DNA of 63,815 nucleotides, counting the filler, from Vannella sp. (lineage: Eukaryota), in the NCBI GenBank assembly GCA_023345925.1. It is 7 parts of 7 records of this genome, joined end to end, with 100 filler letters (N's around TTAATTAATTAA, not from the genome) between each part and the next. Parts side by side here need not be neighbours in the genome. Positions count along the whole stretch, not along the records: positions 44,019 to 57,869 come from JAJQQN010001397.1; positions 57,970 to 63,815 come from JAJQQN010000102.1; 5 more parts are not named here. One strand, written 5' to 3'. The notes beneath the pieces were generated by a model that had not been told where the DNA came from, made no database searches, and was given only the letters and a program-made list of their open reading frames with translations. The stretch's first letter is position 1, and each line of letters starts with the position of its first letter. The translations under genes were made by a program, and so were the position numbers. This document shows, piece after piece, positions 45,918 to 58,409 of this stretch.

Positions 45918-48900
45918 TTATTCAGGAGAAGCAGAGCGGGGAGGCCACTCTCTTCGAGGGGTGGGTGGAAGTGGCGGCTTCTCCATGGCTGGACTAAGCG
46001 GGGTATCATCCGGGGTAGCTTCTTGAGAAGGAGAGGAATTATCGTGAGTGGGAGAGACGGGCTCATCAACGCTAAGTTCAGGAATGGCCAAAGTCGGTGC
46101 ACCTCCAATTGTGGAAGAACGAACGCGAGCGGATTGGCGTTGTTTCGATGTGACAGCCGATTTGGGGATTTTGTTGAGGGGAGAGTCTCGAGGGCTCTTC
46201 TGTGGGGAGCTGGGTGATCCCTCTCCGGCGTTACTAATCTTCCGCTGGATTGGGGCAGGATCCAGTTCAGATGAGCTATTCCGTGCTTCGATCCTGTTAA
46301 TAGCTGTTCGACTGCGACTACGGACTAAAGGACGAAGGGACACGGGAGTAACTGCTGGAGCAGCCTCAGCTGACTCAGAAAGATGGTCATCGGAGGGCTC
46401 TGATGGGAGAATGATGGCCTCAGCAGAGTCATCCAAATGAGAAACTCGAGAGAGATACCCGGAAATTTCGCTGTCCAACTCGCTGAACCCTGTTTCCATG
46501 GCTTTTTGGAAGGTTTTGTCGTCCTCATCTTTGACGAAGGACTTGTTCAGCGCCAGCATGACCCGACAGAGGCTGAGGAATGTGGACAAACAAGAGCAAA
46601 GTCGGCGGACGTGGGCAACTGGTTGCACCCGATAGTTCCCCAAAAAGATCTTACAAACCGTCACAGCACCCTCATTCACCTCTGCTCTAGTATTAGCTTA
46701 TGAAAACAATAAAAGGGGAAACATACGAAGAAGCACACTGCCCTGAAGCACTTGACGGAGTGTCTTCGAGTTGCGGTTAGAAATCTCCGTTTCGATGGCA
46801 ATGTTGCGCTTTTCAATGTCCTCGATGGCATTCTCGATAGGAGATACGATAATGTCAAACTTGCTTACGATTGGCAAGCGTGTGAGCATGTGCGGGAAAG
46901 AGTCAAGGACGGTGAGAACTGTCTTCCTCTTATACTGTTCCGAAACGTGGTCTGCATGGGCTTTCCCTCCTTTGGTAAATGGCGCTTCGAAGAAGAACCG
47001 AGAAAGGCGTGTCTGTCGCTTGAAGAAGGACTTGACAGGTTCTCCAGAATCTGGAGCAACTGGTTCTCGATAGGGCTCGATGTGAGTGATCTGCATGTAA
47101 CAAAGTGTTGGGTCCAGGCTATCTGGAGACTTGCTTGCATCCATAGTGAGGATGTCTTTGCCCACTTGTGCAGCGTAGTGGTCCTTTAGACGCTCGCTCA
47201 TCTCCAGAATGTGAGTCAATTTGGGTTCTTTGTAGACAAACTCGCGAGTGTGCAAGTCACCAAACGCAGATCCGTAAAAGCCCACACGGAAGTATTTCCC
47301 GAAGAGCCTAGCAGTGTTGTTTTGGTTTACCAGTGACCAACACTCCTGCAACTTTGCATACGCCTCTGAGAGCTCCTTGTAAGATTCTGTGGCCTCGTAG
47401 ATAGGGCAAACGACCTTGTACATTGCTGCCACATACTCGTGGTACTCTCCTTCTGTAAAGCATGAAATAGCACTCTGGAGGAACTCAAGAAGCCCTGCTA
47501 GGGTGAAGGCGCGTCCCTGGCAGACACCCTCTTCAAGAACCTCTCCAAACTCGATCTGTCCAGGTGCGATTGCTTGAATGGGTCCCATACAAACCAGCTC
47601 GCGGTCTACCCGTCCCATGGAGAGAAGATAATGTGCCGCCACTGCCGCGCAGAACATGTGAGCCATTCCCGCTTCCACATAACACTGGTTCTTGTGTTGT
47701 AGCTTAGCCAAGCTAGTAAGCCAAGTGATTCGAAGGTCAGGCGTGTTTCGGTAGCCCTCAGCAATCTGATAATACAAGTCTGCCTTCATGTGAGTCTCTC
47801 CAGTATCTGGCAGCCGGGCCACACGAAGAGTATCCCGGAGGATATTCGACAAAGTCATCACAATCTCCTGAATGTGACGAGAAAACAAAGCTAAAGAGTC
47901 GTCCATATCATCAGCCACATCCCCCGCATGTTCCAGAAGTGAGTAGGATTCAAGTGAATACGCCACAAGCCGGCGGAAGGAATGATGGAGCATTAAGTCA
48001 CGTGTAATGGCTCTGGAAGACACCAAATCCGAAAGAGTGGCAATGGTCTGCACACGCGCTCGGGCAAAGCTGCCTTGTGTCCGTTGGTTGACTTGAAAGA
48101 TAGCCAGTAAGAGAGAGGTGGCTCTCACATGAACCCAATCCTCCACATAGTTGCAATGCATCAGAATCGGCCGAAGCATATCCCGGAGACAGTTGTTGTC
48201 TCCCACAAAGAGAAGATACGCATATTCTCGCACGAAGATATGCAAAGACCCGTACAGTTGTGGCAGGAAGGCTTGGCTTGGGTGCTGAACCGCTAAAGTG
48301 GTATAACACTCTACCACGCATCCCAAAATCACGGCAGCGCTGGGGAGATCGTCCAGACTACTAAAGAGAGTGACTGCTTCCTCTAGTAAGCGCAAGAGGA
48401 GAAGATGAACCCGGGGAGAGAGCAAACGGAGCCTCTTTTCTTCATCTCCCGTTGTTGTCCCTGTTGCAAAAGCGCCTTTAAGGAGGGCCTTCATCTCCTC
48501 TGTACCCACTTCCTTCATAAAGAGAGCCACTTGAGGAGTAAGGAGAGTCTTTGATGTCCGGGTAAGGGCAGGATCGAACTGGAAAGTCTTGGCAATGTCG
48601 ACATGCATACGAAGGTACGCCACTTTGATGTGTGAGAGCTCTTGCTTGAGCCACGAGGCCAAAACATCCACAGGAGTCCGCTCAAGAACATACAAAACGC
48701 AAACATACAACTCTCGCTTCAACGCTGTACTTGCGCCACTTCTCCACTTGTTAATATGCTCCCAATTGTCCAAAAGCAAGGGCACAAGCACAAAGAACAT
48801 CGCAGCAACACGATTCTGATGTTCAGTCTCTTGGAAACGCGCATCAAATGCGTTCTTGACGATCACATCGTACACCAACCCAATTGCTTGCTCCCACAAG

Positions 48901-51900
48901 TCAGGGAATGGAGACCTCAGTCCTTGGATAGCCTCAAAAATGACTGTAAAGGCAACTGGGTAGCGTTGAGTCAGGTCAAACAGTCGCAACCCTGAGTTAG
49001 TTGCAAAGGGAAGATTGAGGGGCACAAAGAGCTCATGGTCCGCAACAATGCGGAGAAACTCGAACTTGTACGCACCAGCCAGTTGCTGTTGCTGCTCATT
49101 CGCAGCACTGTCTGTCATCTCCGTTAAGAATGAACGAACCATGTCCAACACGATGCCGCGGTCCATGACATCAAACAGATCCTTAATGAAGAGCGCCAGA
49201 TTCTTATTGAGCACCCGCAACCCGGCCTCAGGAGAAGCCAAATGCTCCTTAAAGTATTTGGTCAGATTGACCAACAAACGAGAAAGAGTTCTGGCAAAGA
49301 AGTCATCAAACAACTCAGTTCGCTTCTCCCGCTCGAGCAAACCTTCTTTGTGAAGGTGAAGGACCATGGACTTGATGACCAAGTCAAAGATAAACCAAGA
49401 ATTAGTGAAAATCGAGTCTTCTGCCATTTCATCGGCGCGTGCGTACTTCTTGTCCATCATGTAGAGCAGGAAGTTACTGCAAAGCGGGTTAAAGATGGTC
49501 TTTCCCGACAAGAAGGACTGGTTGAAGATGTAATTCGAATACAATTCCAAGAGCGAGTTACGCGGGACTTTCTCGGCCAGTTTGGTGGTGACTTTGTGGA
49601 GGACCACAACGAGTGCCTTGAAGGCTTCCAGTTGGACTGTGTGGTTCTCGCGTGTGTTCATCACTTCAAGAAGGTTGTTGATGATGACAGGGAGATACTG
49701 AATAGCCAATAGTTCTGTGAGCTCTTTCAAACGCTTCATAGCACGGATGAGTTGGTTATCTGGCACTTCCTCTTCGGACGTGTGGAAAATGTTCAAGAAG
49801 GCGGTGATGCTTTGGTCCTCAGGGTAGATGGTGGACACCAACTGGAAGGACATCTGAATAGAAGCCTTGCTATCCGCAACTGTCGCTTTGCTCATCAACG
49901 GACCACCCTGACCCAAGAGAGTGGGAGGAAGAAGAGGAACAGAGTGATGTCCTTCGCTGTTATGGACAACAATTCGCCCTTCCTCATAAAGAGGCACAAC
50001 AGCATATCCAACCACTGCAGGGCTCCCATCTGCAGTAGGCAAAGGAGCTTTCTTCTTCAGAGTGGAAGAGCTTGACGCCGAGCCGGCCAAAGGCACTTCC
50101 AAGAAAGTGAATAAAAGATGATGCCCGGAAGACAGCTTGGGCGGCAACTGCAGCTTCAACTCGTCCCCAGAGAATGTCGGTGACTTGGCATGGTATTGGA
50201 CACTCGTCAATACCTCCGTTGTGAACCCAGTAGGGTCCGTTGGCGAGTAGAAGTAGGGAAGCGCTGGCGCATCCAACTCATCCCGGTCCTTCACCTCAAT
50301 GCGCACAGAAAGGTTCTTCCAACTGAGCTTTCCCGGCACGACAGAGAGCGGATAGATGTACATGTTGTTCACATACGTGAAGTTAGGGATGAGAGAAGGG
50401 TGCTGGAGGAACTCATGCATCTCCAACACCTTCGAAGAGCCACTTTCCCCCTGACATTCAAGCACAGGACGCATAGAAGTGTCCAAAAGAGCACCAGAGA
50501 CACTCGCATTCTCCGGCACCTTCTCAGCGCAGACTGTGCACAGTCCGTGGAGAGGCTTGCCAAGCTTCTTTGTCTCTTTCGGGTCAGAGGAAGCAATCAA
50601 GGCCAGAAGGGAAACCGGATCGTCACGGTTCGATCGTGAATAGATCACATCAAAGAACGACCCTTCATGGAGTAGTAGAGCTCCCTTGGCGTCGAAGACA
50701 CGTAAAGCAGAGATCGCGAAGGGCTGGCGGAAGCTGCCGAGGCGAGAGCAGCTCTCTTCCGTGTCCTGCTTGATCTTGGCGATCACTTTCTCAACTTCCT
50801 TGGGTTTAACGGACGACTAGAGAAGCCCATGAGAGTCAGGAGTAGTGTAGTAAGATACGTATGCAAGAGAACTCACTGAAATCTTAGCGTACGCGTCACG
50901 GCACACTTCCACGTCTCCTTGGAGGGTCTTGAAGACTTGCAAGACCAAGAACACGTTGGCATTACGACGTGTGACAGAGAACAACGCCTTTTGCACTTGC
51001 ACGCCATCAGCAGGGACCTTCTACACCCCTCAATCCGTCAGCAAGCAAAGAAGAAGGACGTTCCTCACTCACATAGTGTTCTCCAAGCAGCCCCATGAGA
51101 GCAGGCGAGTTACGGTGGAAGTGAAAGGTCTCAGAGATCTTCTTGCGCGTGGTTGAGTCGTACAGCGCCAGAGAGCAGAAGAAAGGCTCCAACTCGCCAG
51201 CTTGGAAGCGAAGCAGCTTCGGCTCCACTGTGAAGGAGAAGGGCCTAGCTCGGCCATCCTGGGTAGTTGGACGCATCGTACGACGGATACGGTTGCACAG
51301 GGCGACCTCCGTACCAGGTGCCCACTCATAACGGGGATCAAAGTATTCGCACACTGACGGCCCCTTCGCGTCGTCTGGAGTCCTTCCCCAGGGCTCTCTC
51401 TCTTCCACTAGATGTTGAGTCTCTTCAGCGAGTGTGGTGTAGAGCGGATCCTCGACGAGAGCCAGCTCTGGGCTGTGAAGAGCCGCGAACTTGTAGCTTG
51501 TCTTGCTGTTTCCTCCTAGCTCACTGGGAGCCAACCCTTCTGGTGTTGGAGGTACATCTTCTGATAGTTTGGGGGTAGGAAGATCGTACACAGAAGAGGG
51601 GGGATGGTAGCGTTGATAAGGTTGCGAGTTGTACCGAATAATCTCCCAATCAGCCACAAAGGACTCGAAGCACACGCGTACGTAAGGATCCAGTTGTTGT
51701 ATACGCTCTTCCTAAACATAGTGGTAAGAAGGAAGTGTGCCAAACGAGTAGGGAGCCCGCATACCTCAATCTCCGCACCAAACTCGGTACGGTGAGCTTT
51801 GGGGAAGGTATCCCGGACGACGTAGCTATCAGGGAAGCTGACCAACTCTTGCAATGGATCTTCCCGTCGCTCCTCACTCATGTAGAGCTCTTCAAAGGGC

Positions 51901-52085
51901 ACAGTCGCCCCCAAACACACATAAGTAAGCGAAGCTTGCTCCGGGGCCTCCACCGAAAGCTCTGCCACCTTGCTCACACTCCCAGCACTGGAGAGCATCC
52001 CCCCACGCGGCGATAGCGGTGTGAACCCAATCGAAGGCATGCGCGTAGCACCCACACGAACGGGCGGAATAGCGAGACGGTCCAT
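45918..52085 (-). CDS. DOCK-C/D (Zizimin-like) Rho-family GEF, spliced
   Basis: EPFFCSLALYD..KKISETFHF, DHR-1 (YIYPLS...ELKLQLP..HHLLFTF), DHR-2 (PDLRITWL, YFRVGFYG, EFVYKEP, SPIENAIE, QGSV..|QVNEG). Confidence 0.92.
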
Positions 52086-52130
52086 GGCGTCCCCCTCCCG
52101 CCAACTGTCAAATGGTGTGGTGGAGCGCCT

Positions 52131-54129
52131 TTATCCAACAGCACAGAGTTGGAAGCAAAGGTGACGGAAGAACTGAGCGGCGACGTGAGGCTGGATGGCA
52201 CCGTGGGCCAAGCGAAGGTCGAAAAGGCAGATTTCGGTGTTGTCTTCGGCGGCGACCACGCGCTCGAGTGCGGGACAGCCTACAGCAAACTCTACAGTAC
52301 CGATGACAGCTCCTCTGCTGATGGAGGTGGTCCCAACGTGACAGGAACCGTGGCGGACGTACGCCAGCATGGGATGCGTGCAGCCTGCTTCCATGATGAT
52401 ATCGCCAGCTTCAAAGACCAATGCGGGCTCCGCTACTAGCTCACGCCACAGCTCCTCGCGTGCGAACTCCTGTGGAGTCCAAGCTCGTTGATTGAGGATT
52501 GCGGTTCGCGAGTGAAGCAAGTTTGCGAGGGCTGTGCACTCTTCCGAAGTGTCCAGACGTAACTAAACCCATCAGTATCATGAGAGGTATCAATGAGAGG
52601 TACCTACTACTCGTTTGATGGCTCCCTCGATCCGAATCGAGTTCTTCGATCGTTCTTCCACCCCTTCAATCTGTTTGATGGAAATGAGCTCGTTGGGCTC
52701 ACCAGTGTCCGCTGAGAAGCAGATAGAAGACAAGGACACAAACAAAGAGCCTCTTCTACACTGTGTCATCCTTGGAACAGGCGAAGGAGACTCCACAAAG
52801 CAGCGAAAGACTGTCGACAGCGTTAGTCCGAGGATTCCCTTCGTAACCGTGGGAGACCGTACCTCCAAGAGGTATGTCCTCTCCTATCTCTGGGAACCTT
52901 TGAGCTTTGAGAGAATCCAAAGCCTCCTCGCTCTCGGAGCATTCCTCGACGAGAGGGAACGCCAAAGTACGTGCGGTTTCGCTCGTTGCGTCGTGCTGCT
53001 GCTGCGTCAATAGGCATAGCGTGCGCAGAAGTGAACGGTAGTATCGCAAAGCAAGGTCATGCTGACTACAAAGGTGGAAGTGGAGGACCTGAGAGTCCAC
53101 CAAGTCCACAGCCGCTCCGCTGTTCCGCGCAATGAAGGAGACCGGTGAGCGCGTGAACTGTCCAACAGCCATGCTAATGATAGTACCCTTCTTCATGATA
53201 GCTTCCAAAGGAGCTTGATTGAGGTCTCCAATCTGGCAATCCACTCCACCAGACACCAAACGATAGATGCCCGACGGGCGTTTTCCTTGGACCATGAGCT
53301 CCTTACCAGGCCCGAAGCCAAGACGAGAAGAGGTGGAGAAGATCCTCTCCCACTCTCTCGCTGTCAAACCAGTCCAGTCCAAGTCCATTGCAGCAGCGCA
53401 GAACTCGCGAATCAATCGGAACTGGTCGATGGCGGTACCGAAGGCGGTACTCCGAGCAAAGCGGTTGACTGTGTCGTTTTCCATTAGTTCTGTGACCTGT
53501 CGAAGGGCTTGGTCGAAGACAGAGACAGGCACAGAGCCTTTCTTTAAACCGCTCTTGACTGCCGCTTGGATATCCTTTTGCTCCTGCTGGTCAATGTTGA
53601 CCTCGCTGGGTGCCCTTCGTATGATGAACGTGCTGAAGATAGTCTCAACACGCTTCAGAATCGCTGCTGCCTCCAGAGAGGGATAATCAGACTTGAAAGC
53701 CTCCACTTGTTGGTAGAAGAGAAGGTTCTCTTCCGAGTGAGAGGAACGAACATAGTCACGAAAGCCACATAACAAAGGAGCTTCCTTCAATAGGTAGGAA
53801 AGGCACCGCTCTTGACTCTCCTCTCCACGAAGGCGTTCTCGAGCGATGGGAGAGCTGGTATCACTGAGGAAGTGCTTTAGCACTTGCTTGTTCTTCAGCA
53901 TTGTTACACTACTCTCTCCGGGAGCCTTTGAAGTGAAACTGAGGACTTGAATGGGCTTCTTCTTGCGCCCACGAGAGTCAGGAGGCTGAATAGCTCCTAA
54001 CAGAACGACCAACGCCTGCTGAACCTGCGGCTTCTGCGCTCCACACTCCACCAGTAGACATGCCTTGAGCTCTTCAGCCCCATATGATTCAATGCAAGAG
54101 CGCAGCTCATGAGTGAGAACGTCACCCAT
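52131..54129 (-). CDS. RGS-cNMP-binding-GRAM-cNMP-binding protein, spliced
   Basis: RGS (FRDYVRSSHSEENLLFY...APSEVNID...VFDQA..LME.D...RF), cNBD-like (FGPGKELMVQG..IYRLVSG), GRAM (RRGSLFVSLSSICFS) and a second cNBD-like segment (FEAGDIIMEAG..YVRHG). Confidence 0.75.
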
Positions 54130-54202
54130 CCGCCGGCCTTCAACAAAATGGCTCAATTATGGAAGACTCCCGTTTATCACAGTGCCACGCCTCTTGGCTC
54201 TC

Positions 54203-55680
54203 TCAAATGAGCTCAGAAACGTTCATAGGCATCTCTGGAAGGCAAAAGGGGTGAGACAAGAGAAGGGAGCGGTAGGGAGTGGGAGGGGAACGTACCGTCG
54301 ATTTGGGTGCTGTAGAACTGTTCAATGTCTCGGAGGATGCGAATCTCTTCGTCTTTGACGAAGTTAATGGCCACACCCTTGCGTCCGAAGCGACCAGATC
54401 GGCCGATTCGGTGAATGTAAAGCTCTCGGTTGTTGGGTAGGTCGTAGTTGATGACCAATGACACCTGTTGCACATCAATACCACGTGCCCAGATGTCGGT
54501 AGTGATTAGGACCCGCCTGACGGTCCTCTATGTTAGCACCGGCTTTTTCTCAAGGAGGAAGGGTCTTACTTGTCTCCTGCACGGACAGCTTGCATGATAG
54601 CGTCACGCTCGCCTTGATTCATGTCTCCGTGCATCTTGGCGACGGTAAAGTTGGCTTCAATCATCTTGTCGGCCAGCCAATCGACCTTGTTGCGCGTGTT
54701 GCAGAAGATAACCGCTTGAGTGATGGTCATTGTATCGTACAGATCACACAGAGTCTCGAACTTCCAGTCCTCCCGCTCCACCGCCACGAAGAACTGTTTG
54801 ATGCCTTCGAGGGTGAGCTCGTCTCGCTTCACCAGGATGCTCACGGGCGTTGTCATGAACTTGGTAGTGATTTCAAGGACGTCTTGTGGTAGAGTGGCAG
54901 ACACAACCACAACCTGCAACTCTGGAGGGAGGTAACGGTAGATGTCGTAGATCTGGTCTTTGAAGCCTTGGCTCAGCATCTCGTCTGCCTCGTCCAGGAT
55001 GAGCATTTTGATGTCCTTTGTACGTAAGTTGCGACGGCGGATCATGTCGAACACTCGTCCAGGTGTTCCTGACACAATGTGGACTCCACTTTCCAGCTTG
55101 TTGATGTCTTCTGATACTGAGGTGCCTCCAATGCAGCTGTGTGCTTGTACACTCATAAAGTCACCCAATGCGAGTATAACCTAACCACTTCTATCAGTCC
55201 CTATGCTACAGGAGCGGTCCCTCTGAACCTACGCGTTGGATCTGAACGGCAAGTTCGCGTGTGGGCGATAGAACGAGAACCTGAACCTCTCTCAGGGAGG
55301 GAACGATCCGCTGTAGTGCACAGATGGAGAGAGTCGCGGTTTTACCGGTTCCTGACTGTGCCTGGCAGATCGTATCGCGTCCGCTGATGATTGGTTTGAT
55401 GGAGCGCTTCTGGATGGCAGAGGGCTTCTCAAAGCCTATCAGATCCACATTGTTATGATCCACACAAGCTCGCCTGGCCCGTAGCCCAGCCACGTACCGT
55501 ATTGAAAGACGCCACGAAGTAGGTTCTCGTTCAAGCCCATCTTCTCAAAGGTCTCCACTACGGTCACATCCTCACTGGTCTGGAAGTTGAGCCGACTATC
55601 CTCACCTATAGCCCCCATTAGACACTTCTCTCCGCCCTCTTCTTCTACGCACTCCCAATACTTCTCCCCGTCCCCGCCAT
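54203..55680 (-). CDS. EIF4A3: Exon-junction-complex DEAD-box helicase eIF4A-III, spliced
   Basis: [76 protein letters not shown]. Confidence 0.95.
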
Positions 55681-55747
55681 GACCGAATGACTAATTTATT
55701 CACATTAAAACAGTAATCACGTTGAAATCAGTTTTATTTGGTCCTCC

Positions 55748-56061
55748 ATGGGCGGCCACGGACACCTCAACCCTGCTTCAGGGCCAGAGTACAACTTCTT
55801 CCGAGCACCTGTGCCTTGCACGATCCAGCGACGATTAGCTGTGACGTTTGGGTCCATTGCGTGGTTCTGGGTGATGTTCCGCTTCTCTAAGGATTGGCGT
55901 TCCTTCTTTGTAGGTCATCTTCCCTTCTTCATCGTGTTCCTTTGCTGATGGGGTGGATGAAGGGACTTGAGTATCACTTTGGTGGCTCTCACCACCAAGA
56001 GTTCGACTTGGATGAGTTCGCTTTCTACAAGGGGGACGAAGCCCTCCTTCCAAAGTTCTAG
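55748..56061 (+). CDS. NDUFB2: Complex I accessory subunit NDUFB2 (AGGG)-like
   Basis: MGGHGH...GSIAWFWVMFRFSKDW..F|GL; intron 55910-55962. Confidence 0.7.
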
Positions 56062-56144
56062 AGAGGGACTTCGCCCTTCACACGATAAAGGACTGCCTAA
56101 TGTACTTCAAGAGCGCTGGATCTGGGTCATCTGGATGTGCTTTA

Positions 56145-56776
56145 TCATCGCTTCTTCCCCTTCGCAGGAACGGTGGACCATCCGTCATCATCTTCCATTT
56201 TCTCAGGTTCTGAAGGCGCTGGGACCTCCTTCACCTCAACAGGCTCTGGTTCTGTGAGACCAGCGGCATCAGAAACGATCCTTTGGTCCTCCTGCTCCAC
56301 TGTAAGGCCAATGGGCTCATCAAGAGAGGTCCGTACCGGTTTGAGGGTCTCAAACTCTCGTCGAGCAAAGGAGTTGTCTCCTTCTGCACATGTGCAGAAG
56401 ATCTCCCAGATGTCTTTGCTGATAAGCTCTGGACTGCCGTCCTCCACGATGACAGAGAAGTTCTCAGGAAGAAAGCCTTCGACCAAGTCTATGAGGCGAT
56501 CAAGGTCTGGCTTGGCGTCTGGGGTGTCATTGTGAGTGGAGAGAAGGCCCAACTTTGGGTCTCCAGTCTACCTAGAAGAGCAATGATGGACTGGATGAGC
56601 TCCTCTTCTTTCTCAGAAGAGTTTCTCCCTCCCCAGCCCTGATCAACTGCCATACGGATAGCAGTCCATTTCCTAAAGGTAGCGCGTACACCAAGCTGGA
56701 ACTCCATCCAGTAATCGACCCCGTCATCCTCCTCCATCACATCCAAAGGCTCCATCACCGCTTCCTCCCCGCTCAT
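56145..56776 (-). CDS. TSR2: Pre-rRNA-processing protein TSR2 (WGG domain)
   Basis: WTAIRMAVDQGWGG, VEDGS, DDDGWSTV; one intron. Confidence 0.9.
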
Positions 56777-56989
56777 AGGAAATGCTCGATTTTACCTCCT
56801 CAAAGGTGAAAGCACACCGATCTATCGCCCAGGTGGCCCTCTGCGTGATGGTATGGATTGGTAAAGCAAGAGTGTGCGTCCTCTTCAACCAAAGTAAGGA
56901 ATCTTTATACTTAAAGAGCCCTTTAAGGGGAGGACTAGATCAGAAGACACCTTAACAGGAGCTTGAGAAACCTCAGGTTACAGAGAGTC

Positions 56990-57757
56990 TTAGAGGGCAC
57001 TGTTCTCAGGGCGGACAGAGCCAGTATGTTGCAAGGGCATTCCCATGGCGGCTTGAAAGGCAGCTGCCACACTTGCGGCAGGGTTTCCCTGATAGGAAGG
57101 GCGAGGGCTGGGTGCAGGGGTGGAGAAGTTGAACCTTTCTGAGCCGCCATCAGCCGGGGAGGCAAAACTGAAAGGGCTCAGACTGGGGAGAAGGGTAGAA
57201 TGTGGGTTCGAGCTCACTGGAAGGTCCAAGGGCATCTTGCCGGTCAAAGGAGACGCCATCGACATCACTGAACTCATGAATCCACGCAAGTAGGTCAGCT
57301 GGTCACGCAGGAGGTTGTTCTCGGACAGCAAGAGCTCGGTTTTGGAGGTAAACTGCTGGTTCTCGGACACAAGAGCGTCCACCTTCTTCTCAAGGTCTTG
57401 AATGTACGTCTTCTGACGTTGGCGGAAGAGCTGAGCTGCTTCCCTGTTCTTCACGAGACGTTCTTGACGCTTTCTCTTCTTCTCTCCTTGAGAGAGGCCT
57501 TCGTCTTCCGAGTTACTGGAGGAAGGGGAAGTTGGTTCTTCTTCTGACTGTTTCTTACGCTTGGGAGCGCGTTTCTTTGGTTCGGCAGCCTTCCGCTTCA
57601 ACCCACTCAAAGTTGCTTCGGGAGAACTGTCCAAGTTGGAAGGGAGTAGAGGCTCCCTCACCGAGTGTTGGCTCACGTGAGGCCTTCCCTCACCGAGTGT
57701 TGGCTCCATCAAAGGAGAAGTGACCATGATGGTCTGCATATCTCTCTCCGAGGGCAT
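56990..57757 (-). CDS. bZIP transcription factor (ATF/CREB-like)
   Basis: KRQERLVKNREAAQLFRQRQKTYIQDLE plus a leucine zipper. Confidence 0.9.
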   Translation of the reverse strand: MPSERDMQTIMVTSPLMEPTLGEGRPHVSQHSVREPLLPSNLDSSPEATLSGLKRKAAEPKKRAPKRKKQSEEEPTSPSSSNSEDEGLSQGEKKRKRQERLVKNREAAQLFRQRQKTYIQDLEKKVDALVSENQQFTSKTELLLSENNLLRDQLTYLRGFMSSVMSMASPLTGKMPLDLPVSSNPHSTLLPSLSPFSFASPADGGSERFNFSTPAPSPRPSYQGNPAASVAAAFQAAMGMPLQHTGSVRPENSAL

Positions 57758-57869
57758 GCGCGAATGGCGGAGTGAACAAGAAAATAAACACAACCCAATC
57801 CGCTATGACGAAAACATTCGCCAGAATACGTATCGTCTTATGATTGGTGGATGGGCCGTGCTTTTCAAG

Positions 57870-57969
57870 NNNNNNNNNNNNNNNNNNNNNNNNNNNNNNN
57901 NNNNNNNNNNNNNTTAATTAATTAANNNNNNNNNNNNNNNNNNNNNNNNNNNNNNNNNNNNNNNNNNNN
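57870..57969. other. Artificial contig linker
   Basis: N44-TTAATTAATTAA-N44. Confidence 0.99.
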
Positions 57970-58409
57970 GCCATCATTCACGATCGAACAGCAAACAAGC
58001 TTGGGTTCCACAAGCTCTCCAAAAAACATAGCGGGGAGGGCGAAGACGTGGACTAGCTTGATTGTCAACCCTTGGATACTCAGACATCACCAACTGGTGT
58101 ATGATTACAGCTTGTACTTTCATAGATCATTCAAGTTCCTTGTAATAAACTGGATGGCAGAGAGGGGACCGTGAGTCTCAGATACTTCATGCAAGGGAAT
58201 CCCCTCCTCCCCGATGAACCAACTGAAAAGTGCCCACATTGGACCGGGACCAATACAGATTAACTTTTTATATGTTTTTAAGAGGGCCACTTTTCCATGC
58301 AAAATCTTGAAAAGCGAAAAACAAAATAGAATAGAAATAAGATTTTAAAGAGGTTAGAATGGGTGATTGGGGTGGTATTGATGGGATCAGTTTTAGTTGG
58401 CTGGGAGGG

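Noticed and set aside
4425..57969. Six identical TTAATTAATTAA palindromes flanked by N runs
   Set aside because: Artificial contig-joining linkers. They are not biological repeats, and ORFs or synteny crossing them are artefacts.
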